Virus record (IMG/VR): IMGVR_UViG_3300031669_000001
Coordinates: 62,001-126,000 of that record
Length of the DNA stretch: 64,000 nucleotides
Strand: one strand, 5' to 3'
The notes under the pieces are model-generated. The model saw only the letters and a list, made by a program, of their open reading frames with translations. It was not told the DNA's origin and searched no databases. Each line of letters starts with the position of its first letter. Position 1 is the first letter of the stretch. This document shows, one piece after another, positions 1 to 9,480 of the stretch. Both the position numbers and the translations under genes were made by a program.

Positions 1-321
1 GATTCCTGCTACGGTAGCAGTTCCTGTACCCGAGCCTACAACGTGAGGATACATTCCATAAGGAGGATAATCACCAGGGGGGTTAGCTCTTGCTACGAAT
101 GTAACACCGACTGTATTAGAAGCTGCACCGATCAAAGTAAAGTCTGTAGTGCCGACAGTCGCTATAGTGTACGCAACGCCTACTACAAATTGGCCCGCAA
201 CAACAGGGGCATCATCGTAGCTCCATTGCTTGTCTGCTGACATGTTATCCAGCGTAAAAGTTACAAAGCGCGGATCAGCGTGTCCGTAGATAGTTAAAAT
301 TTTTCCTACTTGGGTTGTCAT
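1..321 (-). CDS. Virion structural protein, truncated by the window edge (not in ORF track)
   Basis: Manual translation from ATG at 321: MTTQVGKILTIYGH...AGQFVVGVAYTIATVGTTDFTLIGAASNTVGVTFVA...GSGTGTATVAGI; open to position 1; GAGG SD and TAAATA late motif upstream; module shared with gp13 and gp15. Confidence 0.7.
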   Translation of the reverse strand, partial: MTTQVGKILTIYGHADPRFVTFTLDNMSADKQWSYDDAPVVAGQFVVGVAYTIATVGTTDFTLIGAASNTVGVTFVARANPPGDYPPYGMYPHVVGSGTGTATVAGI

Positions 322-349
322 GGTTAGACCCTCATTAATGTTCTAGTTG

Positions 350-355
350 TATTTA
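350..355 (-). promoter_or_regulatory. T4-type late promoter core (GATAAATA)
   Basis: TAAATA about 30 nt upstream of the ATG at 321, overlapping the sulfotransferase stop codon. Confidence 0.55.
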
Positions 356-973
356 TCTTGAGTTCAAGAACGATTGATAATTATAGTCGAAGTATAGTAA
401 ATCATTTCGAAATGCGCGTTCTACAACTTTGATTGTGTCTTCACTGTATAACTTTGACCTATCTTTCAATTCATTCTTTTTAAGATTGATATTATCATGA
501 CTTAAGTCATTCTTCAGATTATATTTTTTGCAAAATTTATCATAATCTTCAGATAGATTTTCAAATTTTAATATGTCTGTAGCTATGACTTTATCATTAT
601 TTTCGACAAAATCATAACAAGGATTAAATTGGATTCTTTTACCTGCAAATTTTAATTCATAAGAAAGCACAAACTGTTCAAATGTCATATCAGGATTGAT
701 ATCCGTTCTACCCAATTTTTCATATTTTAATTGTTCTTGAGTTTGATTAGTTTTAGGTCTAAATTGATAAAATTCAAAAATTGAATAGAGTCTATCAAAA
801 GGATTCCTAACAATTGACATTATTGGTAAATGTGAATCTTCTTCTATTAAGACATTTTTAATAAATCCATGAGTTAAATAGCATTTACGTAAAAATCGCG
901 CATTTTGTTTATCTAAACTGTTACTAATAGATACACCTGCCGTTTTGGGTATATGAATAAAAATTATTTGCAA
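353..973 (-). CDS. Sulfotransferase family 2 protein
   Basis: [15 protein letters not shown]-binding motif and [12 protein letters not shown] motif. Confidence 0.85.
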   Translation of the reverse strand: MQIIFIHIPKTAGVSISNSLDKQNARFLRKCYLTHGFIKNVLIEEDSHLPIMSIVRNPFDRLYSIFEFYQFRPKTNQTQEQLKYEKLGRTDINPDMTFEQFVLSYELKFAGKRIQFNPCYDFVENNDKVIATDILKFENLSEDYDKFCKKYNLKNDLSHDNINLKKNELKDRSKLYSEDTIKVVERAFRNDLLYFDYNYQSFLNSR

Positions 974-1509
974 TTTAAAACCTCATCTATTTTTTCTGAA
1001 CATAATAAAGAAGCATTAGTTTTAATTTTATCAATATCCCAATCCCACCAGCGCAATTCAAGTAATTTTTCTATCTCAATTTCTTTGAAACGATAACGAA
1101 TAATTTTTGAAGGATTACCAATAACAATTGCATAAGGTGGTATATCTTTAGCAATTACGGCTCCTGCTCCAATTACAGCTCCATGTCCTATCGTGACACC
1201 AGAAAGTATCATTGCATTAGATCCTATCCATACATCGTTCCCAATTATAGTTGGGCCTTTAGCGAAAGCTTCACCTAAATTAGAAATCCCAAAAGCTAGT
1301 CCCAACGGGAATGATGTTATATAATTAGTTCGATGTTCTCCTCCACCAAAAATTTGAATGCCATCAGCCATCGAACAAAAAGAACCTATTTTAATTTTAT
1401 CTGTATCAAGCCATAATTTTAGACTTGGTGATGACCCGTATGTAAATCTTCCAATTTCGATTCTAGGATCATCAGAAATTAAATAATCCATTACCATTAC
1501 CATTCCCAA
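964..1509 (-). CDS. Hexapeptide-repeat O-acetyltransferase (CatB/Vat-like fold)
   Basis: [54 protein letters not shown]; true start probably a few codons downstream. Confidence 0.85.
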   Translation of the reverse strand: MGMVMVMDYLISDDPRIEIGRFTYGSSPSLKLWLDTDKIKIGSFCSMADGIQIFGGGEHRTNYITSFPLGLAFGISNLGEAFAKGPTIIGNDVWIGSNAMILSGVTIGHGAVIGAGAVIAKDIPPYAIVIGNPSKIIRYRFKEIEIEKLLELRWWDWDIDKIKTNASLLCSEKIDEVLNCK

Positions 1510-2288
1510 AAATGACGTTTTAATGGTGTTCCAAGATCAAATTTATGAATGTTTGGATTGTCAGTGTGCTTTAAACCTGGAATATTCTTTACATTAAAAT
1601 GTTTGATATTTGTACGATCAACGTGCCAACCCTTTTTAGTTTCTTTAGTAGAATAGACTCTTTTTAGATATTTTTGTTTAGCATGCTGTTCACTAAGAAT
1701 AATGTAATGTCTTAAAAAGAATATATTTGGTGAAATCTTCAAATTGTGAGCATACGAATCCCATCCCAACATGTAATCTCCATTAGGATTAGTTGTTGTT
1801 CTTTTCCAAGCACGGTGGAGGCGAAACTTATTGTAAAAATAATAAGTTGACATTAGTTCAGCATAATTTTCAACGTAAAAGTCCTCTCCTGTTAGTGGTA
1901 CAAATACAATTTCATAGAAATTGATGCAGTTAAAGCCTGCTGCATCAGCTTCTACTATCCCCTCATATAACGTCTGTCCTTCTACAGAGGAACATAACCA
2001 TTCATCGGCGTCTGCGTGTACTATCCAGTCATATTTTGATGAAAGAATTATCTGCTTCTTGAGATTTAATTGATCTGCAAGTGAGAATTCACCAGACCAA
2101 GGAAGTCGCTCTATCCGCAGAAGTCCGTTTCCTAGAAATTCTTTAGCAATTTCTACTGAACGATCTGTTGAATCATTATCGATCAATATTACATCAAGAC
2201 CAGATTCAATTAGATGGGTAAGACAACGACGGATGTGGATTTCCTCGTTGCGAATACATACAATAGCTAACACTCTTATTTTATTCAT
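1497..2288 (-). CDS. Glycosyltransferase family 2
   Basis: [23 protein letters not shown] DxD motif. Confidence 0.85.
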   Translation of the reverse strand: MNKIRVLAIVCIRNEEIHIRRCLTHLIESGLDVILIDNDSTDRSVEIAKEFLGNGLLRIERLPWSGEFSLADQLNLKKQIILSSKYDWIVHADADEWLCSSVEGQTLYEGIVEADAAGFNCINFYEIVFVPLTGEDFYVENYAELMSTYYFYNKFRLHRAWKRTTTNPNGDYMLGWDSYAHNLKISPNIFFLRHYIILSEQHAKQKYLKRVYSTKETKKGWHVDRTNIKHFNVKNIPGLKHTDNPNIHKFDLGTPLKRHFWEW

Positions 2289-3199
2289 TTTGTTAAAAAT
2301 ACCTGTTCAAATTTTTGCATAACGTTCTCAGGAGTATATTGCTGATATCCCCAACTGACTGTAGGTTTGTTAATCAAGCTGTTTAATACTGCTTTCAAAG
2401 AATCTTTATCAGCATACAAGTAAGCCTGTTGTCCCAATTCTTGTAAATGAGCCCTTTCATTAGAGTGAGCATAAGTAATGATAGGCTTTCCAGCTACAGC
2501 AAATTCTGCAACGGCTAAACCAAAAGTTTCTCCTCTTCCCCTGGCGTGAAGAAACGCATTTGAAGAATTTATGAACCTTCTCTTTTCACGAGGATCTACA
2601 GTAGCTTGCAAGAAGATAACTCTTTTCACGTCAAAGATCTTGCTTGGAGCTGCAGTGTTCATAAAGAGAAAATAAACGTCAGTTCTAGATTCTAGTAGTT
2701 CATTGATCGCATCCCATACAAAGGGGATGTCAAAACTATCTAACCCACCATAGCGTCCAAAAACCATTGACGTTACTGGAATCCCGAGTTCATTTCTAAG
2801 ATCGTCATCCGTTTGAAATATCTCAACGATATGTGGGACAAACGGTAAATTGTAACGTTCTCCCATCCATGGAGAGATGGTAGCGTAAATGGTGCCGTGA
2901 GGTTCATTGTCAAATACGCTATGAACTAGATAAGGAAGACCTGGAGAAAAACCATCCTTGACACCACTCTTAATATGATACAATGCATCTAACTTTGCAA
3001 AACCTTCGGTTACATCAGACACTCGACCAAATCTATTTTCAAAATTTACATACGCTGCAGCATCGTGTCTTCCACGAGCAAAGGTATATATCGAAGACTT
3101 ATTACCTAGGATTTCCTCATTGTAGTGAGCGTAGTTATAAAGTGCATTTCCCGTGCCTCTATTGTCTAATTGATTGCTCAAAAATCCTACGTGCATCAC
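2285..3199 (-). CDS. GT-B (GT4-like) glycosyltransferase
   Basis: FLHARGRGETFGLAVAEFAVAGKPII matches the E-x-FG-x7-E donor-binding motif. Confidence 0.75.
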   Translation of the reverse strand: MMHVGFLSNQLDNRGTGNALYNYAHYNEEILGNKSSIYTFARGRHDAAAYVNFENRFGRVSDVTEGFAKLDALYHIKSGVKDGFSPGLPYLVHSVFDNEPHGTIYATISPWMGERYNLPFVPHIVEIFQTDDDLRNELGIPVTSMVFGRYGGLDSFDIPFVWDAINELLESRTDVYFLFMNTAAPSKIFDVKRVIFLQATVDPREKRRFINSSNAFLHARGRGETFGLAVAEFAVAGKPIITYAHSNERAHLQELGQQAYLYADKDSLKAVLNSLINKPTVSWGYQQYTPENVMQKFEQVFLTK

Positions 3200-3804
3200 T
3201 TTATGCGCCTATAAGATGCTTTTCGTTGAGTTTTTTCAACGATCTCAAATCCATTTCTCAGCATCCAATCTTCAAGTTGATCGTGAGGATATACCAAGAT
3301 GTCATCAAATACCCACATTCCACCTAATGGAGTACGAGAATCAAAGAACTGAATCTCTCTCATCAATGAAGCTTGATTATGAGGGCCGTCAAAAAATACC
3401 AAAGCGTAGATATTTGAGATTTGCTTAAATTGATTATAAAATGGATACCCATCGGAGAATCTCAAGAAAAATTCGGTATCCTCCAAATTACACATCACAA
3501 TGTTTACAGGTTTACCTTGAGCATAATTGTAGATCGCCTCGTAACTTTCATTCCGCATGTCATTGGTATAATCGCACCTGATTACACAATTTTCATCCGT
3601 TGCGTATTCTATGTTACCGTATGGATCTATGCAGAGAACATTTCGTCCAAGATCTCCGTTAGCTAAAAGCGCATCGACGATCACTTTCATGCTTCCGCCT
3701 CGCCTTGTTCCAAGCTCACATACAGTTCCCTGGACATCTTTAATTGCAGTTGCAGCATTTCCTAATACGTGATAATCTGCAGAATCTGTTTCTAAGTTTT
3801 TCAT
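3196..3804 (-). CDS. Class I SAM-dependent methyltransferase (TylF/Methyltransf_24-like)
   Basis: CELGTRRGGS, VFFDGPH, GGMWVFDD. Confidence 0.75.
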   Translation of the reverse strand: MKNLETDSADYHVLGNAATAIKDVQGTVCELGTRRGGSMKVIVDALLANGDLGRNVLCIDPYGNIEYATDENCVIRCDYTNDMRNESYEAIYNYAQGKPVNIVMCNLEDTEFFLRFSDGYPFYNQFKQISNIYALVFFDGPHNQASLMREIQFFDSRTPLGGMWVFDDILVYPHDQLEDWMLRNGFEIVEKTQRKASYRRIK

Positions 3805-4535
3805 CTATCCAACCTGTTATGTGTAAAGAGTCCTTCGCCCTGCGCTACTTTAAAATCTTGCTGTTCCCACCATCGCTGAATAGATTTTTCAATATCTCCA
3901 TTGCCCATTGGAACTATGACATCTCTTAACCATTTAGTTTTGGCTATATAGGGATTATTTGTCCAGTTCGCATATTTGCTAGACGTAACATACCATTCTC
4001 GCAAACGTTGAATATGATTAGGGAATAAAATATCAGGATGTGCTTGCCAATGTAAACAATTTAGTAAATGACTTGGTGATGAGAGTTCTTTATCTTTATT
4101 CATCCCGTAAAGGGGTTTTCCAGGGTTTTCTCTGCTTCGTAATCTTATTAGGTCCGCGTTTCCATCTGTCAATAAGATCAACGCATCATGCAAAATAGAA
4201 CTAGGATCTAATAGCAATTTCCAATCATTCTCTAAAAATAAAAAATTCTCATTTTCTACAATATCAAGTAATTTTGTATACCCTTGAGCTATGCCTATAT
4301 TATTTTTTTCTCCAATATATTCATATCCAAATTCTTCTGCAATATCTTTATCTTCGCTTGACATTTCTTGAAAGAAGATAACTTTTTGCTTAGTCAACTT
4401 ATCTAATCCCAAAAATCTATAACTTTCAAGTGACACACGAAGGGTTCTATGTGATCTCCAGCTTAAAACTCCCATTGATAATTCATTCATAATCATGATC
4501 TTAGTAGTACTTTTTTGTAGTAGTTCTGTAATCAT
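3801..4535 (-). CDS. Putative GT-A glycosyltransferase
   Basis: NIGIAQG, FLFLENDW DxD-like motif, located inside the GT cluster. Confidence 0.5.
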   Translation of the reverse strand: MITELLQKSTTKIMIMNELSMGVLSWRSHRTLRVSLESYRFLGLDKLTKQKVIFFQEMSSEDKDIAEEFGYEYIGEKNNIGIAQGYTKLLDIVENENFLFLENDWKLLLDPSSILHDALILLTDGNADLIRLRSRENPGKPLYGMNKDKELSSPSHLLNCLHWQAHPDILFPNHIQRLREWYVTSSKYANWTNNPYIAKTKWLRDVIVPMGNGDIEKSIQRWWEQQDFKVAQGEGLFTHNRLDR

Positions 4536-5055
4536 AGAAGTAGAGAATCTTATTGATTCTCGCTTCTGTTTTGATCAAAGGCAACATTCTAGCTGCCCAT
4601 TCATCATCCTCACCAAAATTGATCTCCTTGAAGAGCTCAGTGCAATTGGAACGTTTATGAACCATTCGAGGGTTAGGACGTCTGTAATAAGCATCGGGCG
4701 CTTCATAATGTCCAAAATCCTTTCCATATTTTACGAGCTTTGGACGTTGACCATCGAAGGTAATCTCCACGTCGTACACTATGGTGTCAGCGTCAATATG
4801 AACTTGAGATAAGATTTGATCAACGAAATCAGGAGTAACTCGATCATCGTCATCTACATAGACGATGTACTTTCCTTTCGCCAACTTCAATAAATCATTT
4901 CTCTTCTCTCCAATGGTCCTTTTTGCATTATCAGAGATCACGAGTACTTCAACGTTATCCTTTAACTGAGGCTTTAATTGAGCCAGAAGAATATCGAGGA
5001 ATGCATTTTGTCTCTCAAGCAGAGAGCACACTAAAATCGATAGATCAATTGTCAT
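4501..5055 (-). CDS. Glycosyltransferase family 2
   Basis: TIGEKRNDLLKLAKGKYIVYVDDDD, FGEDDEW. Confidence 0.85.
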   Translation of the reverse strand: MTIDLSILVCSLLERQNAFLDILLAQLKPQLKDNVEVLVISDNAKRTIGEKRNDLLKLAKGKYIVYVDDDDRVTPDFVDQILSQVHIDADTIVYDVEITFDGQRPKLVKYGKDFGHYEAPDAYYRRPNPRMVHKRSNCTELFKEINFGEDDEWAARMLPLIKTEARINKILYFYDYRTTTKKYY

Positions 5056-5710
5056 GATGTATTTCTTTCTTTGGTTGATATTTTTTAAAGTTAATCTGAT
5101 CTTGTTTTTTAATATCTGAAAAGATATGAAGACGAGATGTAGTACTGAGTTCGGTCTGAACTTTTAAACCATTCATCGTATTTATAGTTCCATTACGAGT
5201 TAACAACCAGTTGTCACCGCACCAAATCAGCAAATCATCTGGTATTGGGATGTAATTTTTTTTGTTTACGAAGATCATGCATCCCCAACCCCACAAATTA
5301 GAAATTAACGTTTCTTGCACTTGAAAATTTTTATCTTGTTGTAGTATATAATTCTCACGTGCCATGCCGACGACTCCGTTATTTACCAAACTTCCATCAT
5401 CAAAGACCTTGAAAACTTCAGCGTTAAAGTTGATGTCATCGTTCACTAATGCGATATCATCATACTTCGCCTCCTTAACCCCCATATTCCATGCAGGGTT
5501 GACGTAGATGTTCTTTTCCATCTTCATGATCTTCAGCTTTGGGTGATCTTCTACCAGTGACTTATGAGCTGCGTCTGTCGTGAATGTGCCGATATCCGGG
5601 GCATTGTCTATGATGATTACCTCACCAACAGAGTCACAAGCGCAAAGATCTTTCACAAGTTGAACTATTCGTCTTGACTTCCAAAGAGTGGGGATTATGC
5701 AGGTAAACAT
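5045..5710 (-). CDS. Glycosyltransferase family 2 (tandem paralog A)
   Basis: CIIPTLW, IIIDNA, NIYVNPAWNMG, IALVNDDI, WCGDNW. Confidence 0.75.
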   Translation of the reverse strand: MFTCIIPTLWKSRRIVQLVKDLCACDSVGEVIIIDNAPDIGTFTTDAAHKSLVEDHPKLKIMKMEKNIYVNPAWNMGVKEAKYDDIALVNDDINFNAEVFKVFDDGSLVNNGVVGMARENYILQQDKNFQVQETLISNLWGWGCMIFVNKKNYIPIPDDLLIWCGDNWLLTRNGTINTMNGLKVQTELSTTSRLHIFSDIKKQDQINFKKYQPKKEIHHDN

Positions 5711-6345
5711 TAAGAATTTTTATATTTCGAATTAAAAATTGTAATATCATTGTTTGCAATACGCCTTAAAGCTCCATCGCTACTTGAACTACTCATTTCA
5801 GTAAGAACCTTCAATCCGTAGAGAGTATAAACTGGCATCTTCTTCGCCATCCAATTATCTCCACAGTAAATTAAAAGATCATTTGGAATTCTTACATAAT
5901 TGTCACGGTTGATCAAAATCATGCAGCCCCAACCATAATGAATGTTTCCGCGAAGAACTACTCTAAATTCTTCGTCAGCCGTTAGCTTTCTATAAGCTTC
6001 GCTGGACATGCCTACCGCGCCCTTTAACTCTTTCAAGCTACCTTCTTTGTCGAAGATCTTGAACACTTCAGCATTGAAGTTAATATCATCGTTAACGAGC
6101 GCGATGTCATCATACTTAGCCTCATGAACTCCTAGATTCCAGGCTTGATTCACGTAGATATTTTCTTTCATCTCTATGATTCTTAGCTTAGCGTGAACGT
6201 TGGTGTTTGTGTAAAGTTCTTTTGCATTCTTATGATCGTTGTCTATTACGATCACCTCTCCAACGCTGGTACAACGACATAAGTCTTTAACGAGATCTAT
6301 GATTCTTGGAGACTTCCAAATTGTAGGTATCACGCAAGTAAACAT
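5710..6345 (-). CDS. Glycosyltransferase family 2 (tandem paralog B)
   Basis: Near-identical motifs to 5045..5710 (MFTCVIPT, NIYVNQAWNLG, YDDIALVNDDINFNAEVFK). Confidence 0.75.
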   Translation of the reverse strand: MFTCVIPTIWKSPRIIDLVKDLCRCTSVGEVIVIDNDHKNAKELYTNTNVHAKLRIIEMKENIYVNQAWNLGVHEAKYDDIALVNDDINFNAEVFKIFDKEGSLKELKGAVGMSSEAYRKLTADEEFRVVLRGNIHYGWGCMILINRDNYVRIPNDLLIYCGDNWMAKKMPVYTLYGLKVLTEMSSSSSDGALRRIANNDITIFNSKYKNS

Positions 6346-6719
6346 TATTCGGCAGAACTGGAAAACTGCTTTTTAAAGTCTTCATTTTGCTTCTTGACAA
6401 GTTCAAGCTCCAGCAACAGTTCTCTGATGGTTTGCTTTGCTTGTGCTAGATCTACCTGCATCTCTACGATCTCAAATGCGCTCATCGCTTTATTCATCTT
6501 GTTGTTTTCTCCGAATATTCTTACTAAAATTTCTCGGCGCTCTTGTGGTTCGTAGATCGCCCAATCTGTAATCTCATCTATCGTCCTGAGACAACCTACA
6601 CACTTACCATTGTTTAGCCTACACAAACCTCGGCAGGGAGAAGATTCTCTGCCGAGGGATAGTAGATTTATAGGAGCTAGGTTGTAGTCAGGCCACTTAA
6701 ACGATTTCACACCCACCAC
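6345..6719 (-). CDS. DUF1289-like Cys-rich protein with coiled-coil tail
   Basis: SPCRGLCRL...CVGCLRTIDEITDW; start uncertain. Confidence 0.6.
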   Translation of the reverse strand: MVGVKSFKWPDYNLAPINLLSLGRESSPCRGLCRLNNGKCVGCLRTIDEITDWAIYEPQERREILVRIFGENNKMNKAMSAFEIVEMQVDLAQAKQTIRELLLELELVKKQNEDFKKQFSSSAE

Positions 6720-8556
6720 CAGAGCAAGCAGCCTCTTCCTTCAGAGTAGTGTTATCATCTCGTTCAACGATCTTGCTTAGGTCAATCTTACCTTTGCTCA
6801 AGACGGCCATCATCTCATCATATTTATCTTTGGTGATGTCTTCGAATGGGGCTTGAACGTAAGTTCCACCGTCGTAAGGAAGCACGGAGATGCCTGTGTA
6901 GAACTCGCGGTTCTTCCACATCCAACGGCCACACTTACCCCACTCCTTATGTTTCAGAGAGATGGTGCAAGAAACGTTGTGACGATTCTTACCTTCACGG
7001 TGACCAGTTTGAACCCATTCAATGTTGAACTTCTTGACACGTTCGAGCAGATCCAGGAAGTGTTCAGTCCTGAGGATAGAACCTTCCGGTGCCTTCTGAG
7101 GGAAGGACATGACGGCCTCGATGTGTGGCTTGTGGAAGCAATCTTCTACCAGACTTGGGAAGTTTTCCTTCATGTAATGATACAGGGCTTCATTCTTACC
7201 AACGCGCATGCGACGAACGTAGTAGTCATTGTGCCAAGCATGAATTCCAGATGAAGATCCTACAGCGCAACTTGTCGTGCCAGATGGCTTGATAGTAGTT
7301 GTTCGTGCAGCTGCATTGATCCCAAGGATTCCTGCAACGCGTGCATTTTCTTCCTTGACACCTTCAGCGGCCTGCTTGAGGTCAAGCTTCAAGATTGTGC
7401 CTGAACCGATGCCGGTGATGCCGACGCCGATCAATGCTTCCTTCTTGGTGATCTCTTCCCATTCAGGACGAAGGTAATGGAAGTCCGTGTAACCTGCCTG
7501 CAAAGTGCCAAGAAAGGCTGCAGCCTTAGTGCGAGCGTTTAGATCTTCCTGAGTCTCTACGTCAGAAGCATTCACCTCGGTGAGGTTACAGAACTGAAAT
7601 GGATTCAGGGAAATTTCACAGCAAGGGTTTGTGCCGAGGTTGACGTCATTCGTCCAAAAGATTCCAGGTTCACCTGCGCCTGACTCTTCAACGCGATCCC
7701 AGATGTCGTAGAACTCTTCATCTGTAATGTTGTTGCGTTCTAGGACGATAGAATTGTTTGCGCGACCACGCTGAGGGTTAAGTTCCCACCAAGAACCTGA
7801 CTTACATGACAACATGTCCATGTCATTCTTGGAGAACAACGAGATCATTGCAGCTCTGCGAATACCACCTGAGAGCACCGCGTCGGCAATGTGACACTGC
7901 ATGTCGTGAGCTTCTAATGATGTCAGCTTTCTGCCGGTTGCGTTGGAGAGAATAGCTCTGAGCTGTTCGATGCAGATGCGAAGAGGTGCAGAACCTGGAG
8001 CTTTACCACCACTCGTGATCAGCCTAGCACCCTTAGGGCGAATATCCCTGTAATCAAAGATTGGTTCTAGCTTACCATAAAAGTAAGATTCAACCAAGAT
8101 CTTGATAGCGTCAGCCCAACCTTCTATAGAATCTCCAATCAGGAATCTTCGATTTTTATTCTTTGGTCCTAACACGGTAGGAAGCTTCGCAACTTGATGC
8201 TGTTGAACTCCGTAGCCTACACCGGTTCCTCCAAGCAGAAGGAACATCGTTTCAGAGAATGCATCTGGGTGATCAACTGGCAAGTAAGCGCAGTTGTAGA
8301 TTCTGTTGTTTGATAACTCGATTGAGTTACCGCCAAACTGTAGAGACCTCATTGAAGGTAGAACCTTCTTTGGTATCACGTAATCGTGATATACCTTTTG
8401 AATCTCTTTCTTCAGCTTTGGATATTTTCTAACGTGCATAGCCAAGTTTCTTTGGCAGAGTTCTTCCCAAGTTTCACGTCTAGATATTTCTGGGATAAAG
8501 CGGGCGTATTTGTTGAAGATTGTTATTTCCGATAGGATTTTTTGTGAAACATCCAT
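6697..8556 (-). CDS. nrdJ: Class II (adenosylcobalamin-dependent) ribonucleotide reductase
   Basis: KYARF..RRETWEE, LPSMRSL, NCAY, TNPCCEI..FCNLTEV, TTIKPSGT, C-terminal ACSGGGCEI; start set at MDVSQ. Confidence 0.92.
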   Translation of the reverse strand: MDVSQKILSEITIFNKYARFIPEISRRETWEELCQRNLAMHVRKYPKLKKEIQKVYHDYVIPKKVLPSMRSLQFGGNSIELSNNRIYNCAYLPVDHPDAFSETMFLLLGGTGVGYGVQQHQVAKLPTVLGPKNKNRRFLIGDSIEGWADAIKILVESYFYGKLEPIFDYRDIRPKGARLITSGGKAPGSAPLRICIEQLRAILSNATGRKLTSLEAHDMQCHIADAVLSGGIRRAAMISLFSKNDMDMLSCKSGSWWELNPQRGRANNSIVLERNNITDEEFYDIWDRVEESGAGEPGIFWTNDVNLGTNPCCEISLNPFQFCNLTEVNASDVETQEDLNARTKAAAFLGTLQAGYTDFHYLRPEWEEITKKEALIGVGITGIGSGTILKLDLKQAAEGVKEENARVAGILGINAAARTTTIKPSGTTSCAVGSSSGIHAWHNDYYVRRMRVGKNEALYHYMKENFPSLVEDCFHKPHIEAVMSFPQKAPEGSILRTEHFLDLLERVKKFNIEWVQTGHREGKNRHNVSCTISLKHKEWGKCGRWMWKNREFYTGISVLPYDGGTYVQAPFEDITKDKYDEMMAVLSKGKIDLSKIVERDDNTTLKEEAACSGGGCEIV

Positions 8557-8617
8557 TTTGTTATTCCTTGTAGCTAAATTATTTTCTAAACCAGTTAGAA
8601 AAGGTGTTGCGCGCTGA

Positions 8618-8842
8618 TTATATCTGCTTGAGTCCGTGTGTTTCAATAAATTTTACTGCTTCATAAAAGTTGGTGATGATGGTGCACATCTGAGGACTTT
8701 TAGGATATGCGTAAACACCTACAGCCGTGGAAGGGTTTACGCAACCTCGTTTAAACTTCATGATAACTCCAAGATCATCTATGACTTCGTATGGAACATG
8801 CTCATATTCCAAGATAAATTTTATGGTGCTGAGCATGTCCAT
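8618..8842 (-). CDS. Small protein, possibly a degenerate glutaredoxin-like fold
   Basis: LEYEHVPYEVID and PQ..I pattern next to nrdJ, but no CxxC. Confidence 0.35.
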   Translation of the reverse strand: MDMLSTIKFILEYEHVPYEVIDDLGVIMKFKRGCVNPSTAVGVYAYPKSPQMCTIITNFYEAVKFIETHGLKQI

Positions 8843-8844
8843 GC

Positions 8845-9078
8845 TTATCTTTTGCGATCATCAATGTACGTTTGACAGTCAATGCAGAGCGTTGCACTCG
8901 GCACTGCTTCAAGTCTTGCTGTTCCAATCTCTTCACCACAATCCAAGCAGATCGTTGTTAGAGACTTTTTGTTTAACTTTTCCCTTACAGCTAAGAGTGA
9001 CTTGTCCACCTGATCCTGTTGGATGAGGAATGGTTCATCGTCACCCGTAACTTGGGTGTCTGTTATTTCACTTGACAT
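8845..9078 (-). CDS. DksA/TraR C4 zinc-finger protein
   Basis: CLDCGEEIGTARLEAVPSATLCIDCQ. Confidence 0.85.
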   Translation of the reverse strand: MSSEITDTQVTGDDEPFLIQQDQVDKSLLAVREKLNKKSLTTICLDCGEEIGTARLEAVPSATLCIDCQTYIDDRKR

Positions 9079-9081
9079 AGT

Positions 9082-9480
9082 TTAACTTGCTGCTGGTGCT
9101 GTAGGTGTAGCTGGGTCTGGAGTTGGTGAAACTTCAGGAGCTGGAGCTGGTTCTACTGGAGCTGGAGTTACAAAGTGGGCTTCAAGACGGCTGAAGAAGT
9201 CCTTAACGGCTGTTACATCTTTATCAAGAACGCTAGAAAAATCTGCTTCTAGAACTGCTAGATCTGCTTTGACAGTAGAAACTTTTGCAGCTGCGACGCT
9301 GTAAAGAGCTTCAACTTTTGCAAATTCTGCTTCAGCCTTTGTGACGCCGGCTTGTAATACTTCGCGGAATGTTGACATTTTTGGTTCCTCTTGTGGTTGT
9401 TGTGTGTTGTTTGTTGGTTCTGTTTTTGTACTGCCTGTTATGTTGCGGTAAATATCTTCTATCTCTGTGAGGATGTTCAT
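9082..9480 (-). CDS. Hypothetical coiled-coil protein with Pro-rich tail
   Basis: Ala-rich heptads and PAPVEPAPAP tail; strong internal SD (GAGGA) before MSTFREV suggests a second or true start. Confidence 0.55.
   Translation of the reverse strand: MNILTEIEDIYRNITGSTKTEPTNNTQQPQEEPKMSTFREVLQAGVTKAEAEFAKVEALYSVAAAKVSTVKADLAVLEADFSSVLDKDVTAVKDFFSRLEAHFVTPAPVEPAPAPEVSPTPDPATPTAPAAS

Noticed and set aside
964-1509. catB/vat antibiotic-resistance gene
   Set aside because: The fold is shared with sugar O-acetyltransferases, and the glycosyltransferase context favours glycan acetylation.
5045-6345. DNA-level repeat between the two GT2 genes as a DGR template/variable pair or CRISPR-like repeat
   Set aside because: Differences are mostly synonymous and not adenine-specific, and no reverse transcriptase is present; an ordinary tandem duplication.
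6846-7477. Plus-strand ORFs overlapping nrdJ (also those over gp32, gp23, gp22, bgt and terL)
   Set aside because: Antisense shadows of strongly codon-biased genes; no SD, promoter or motifs.
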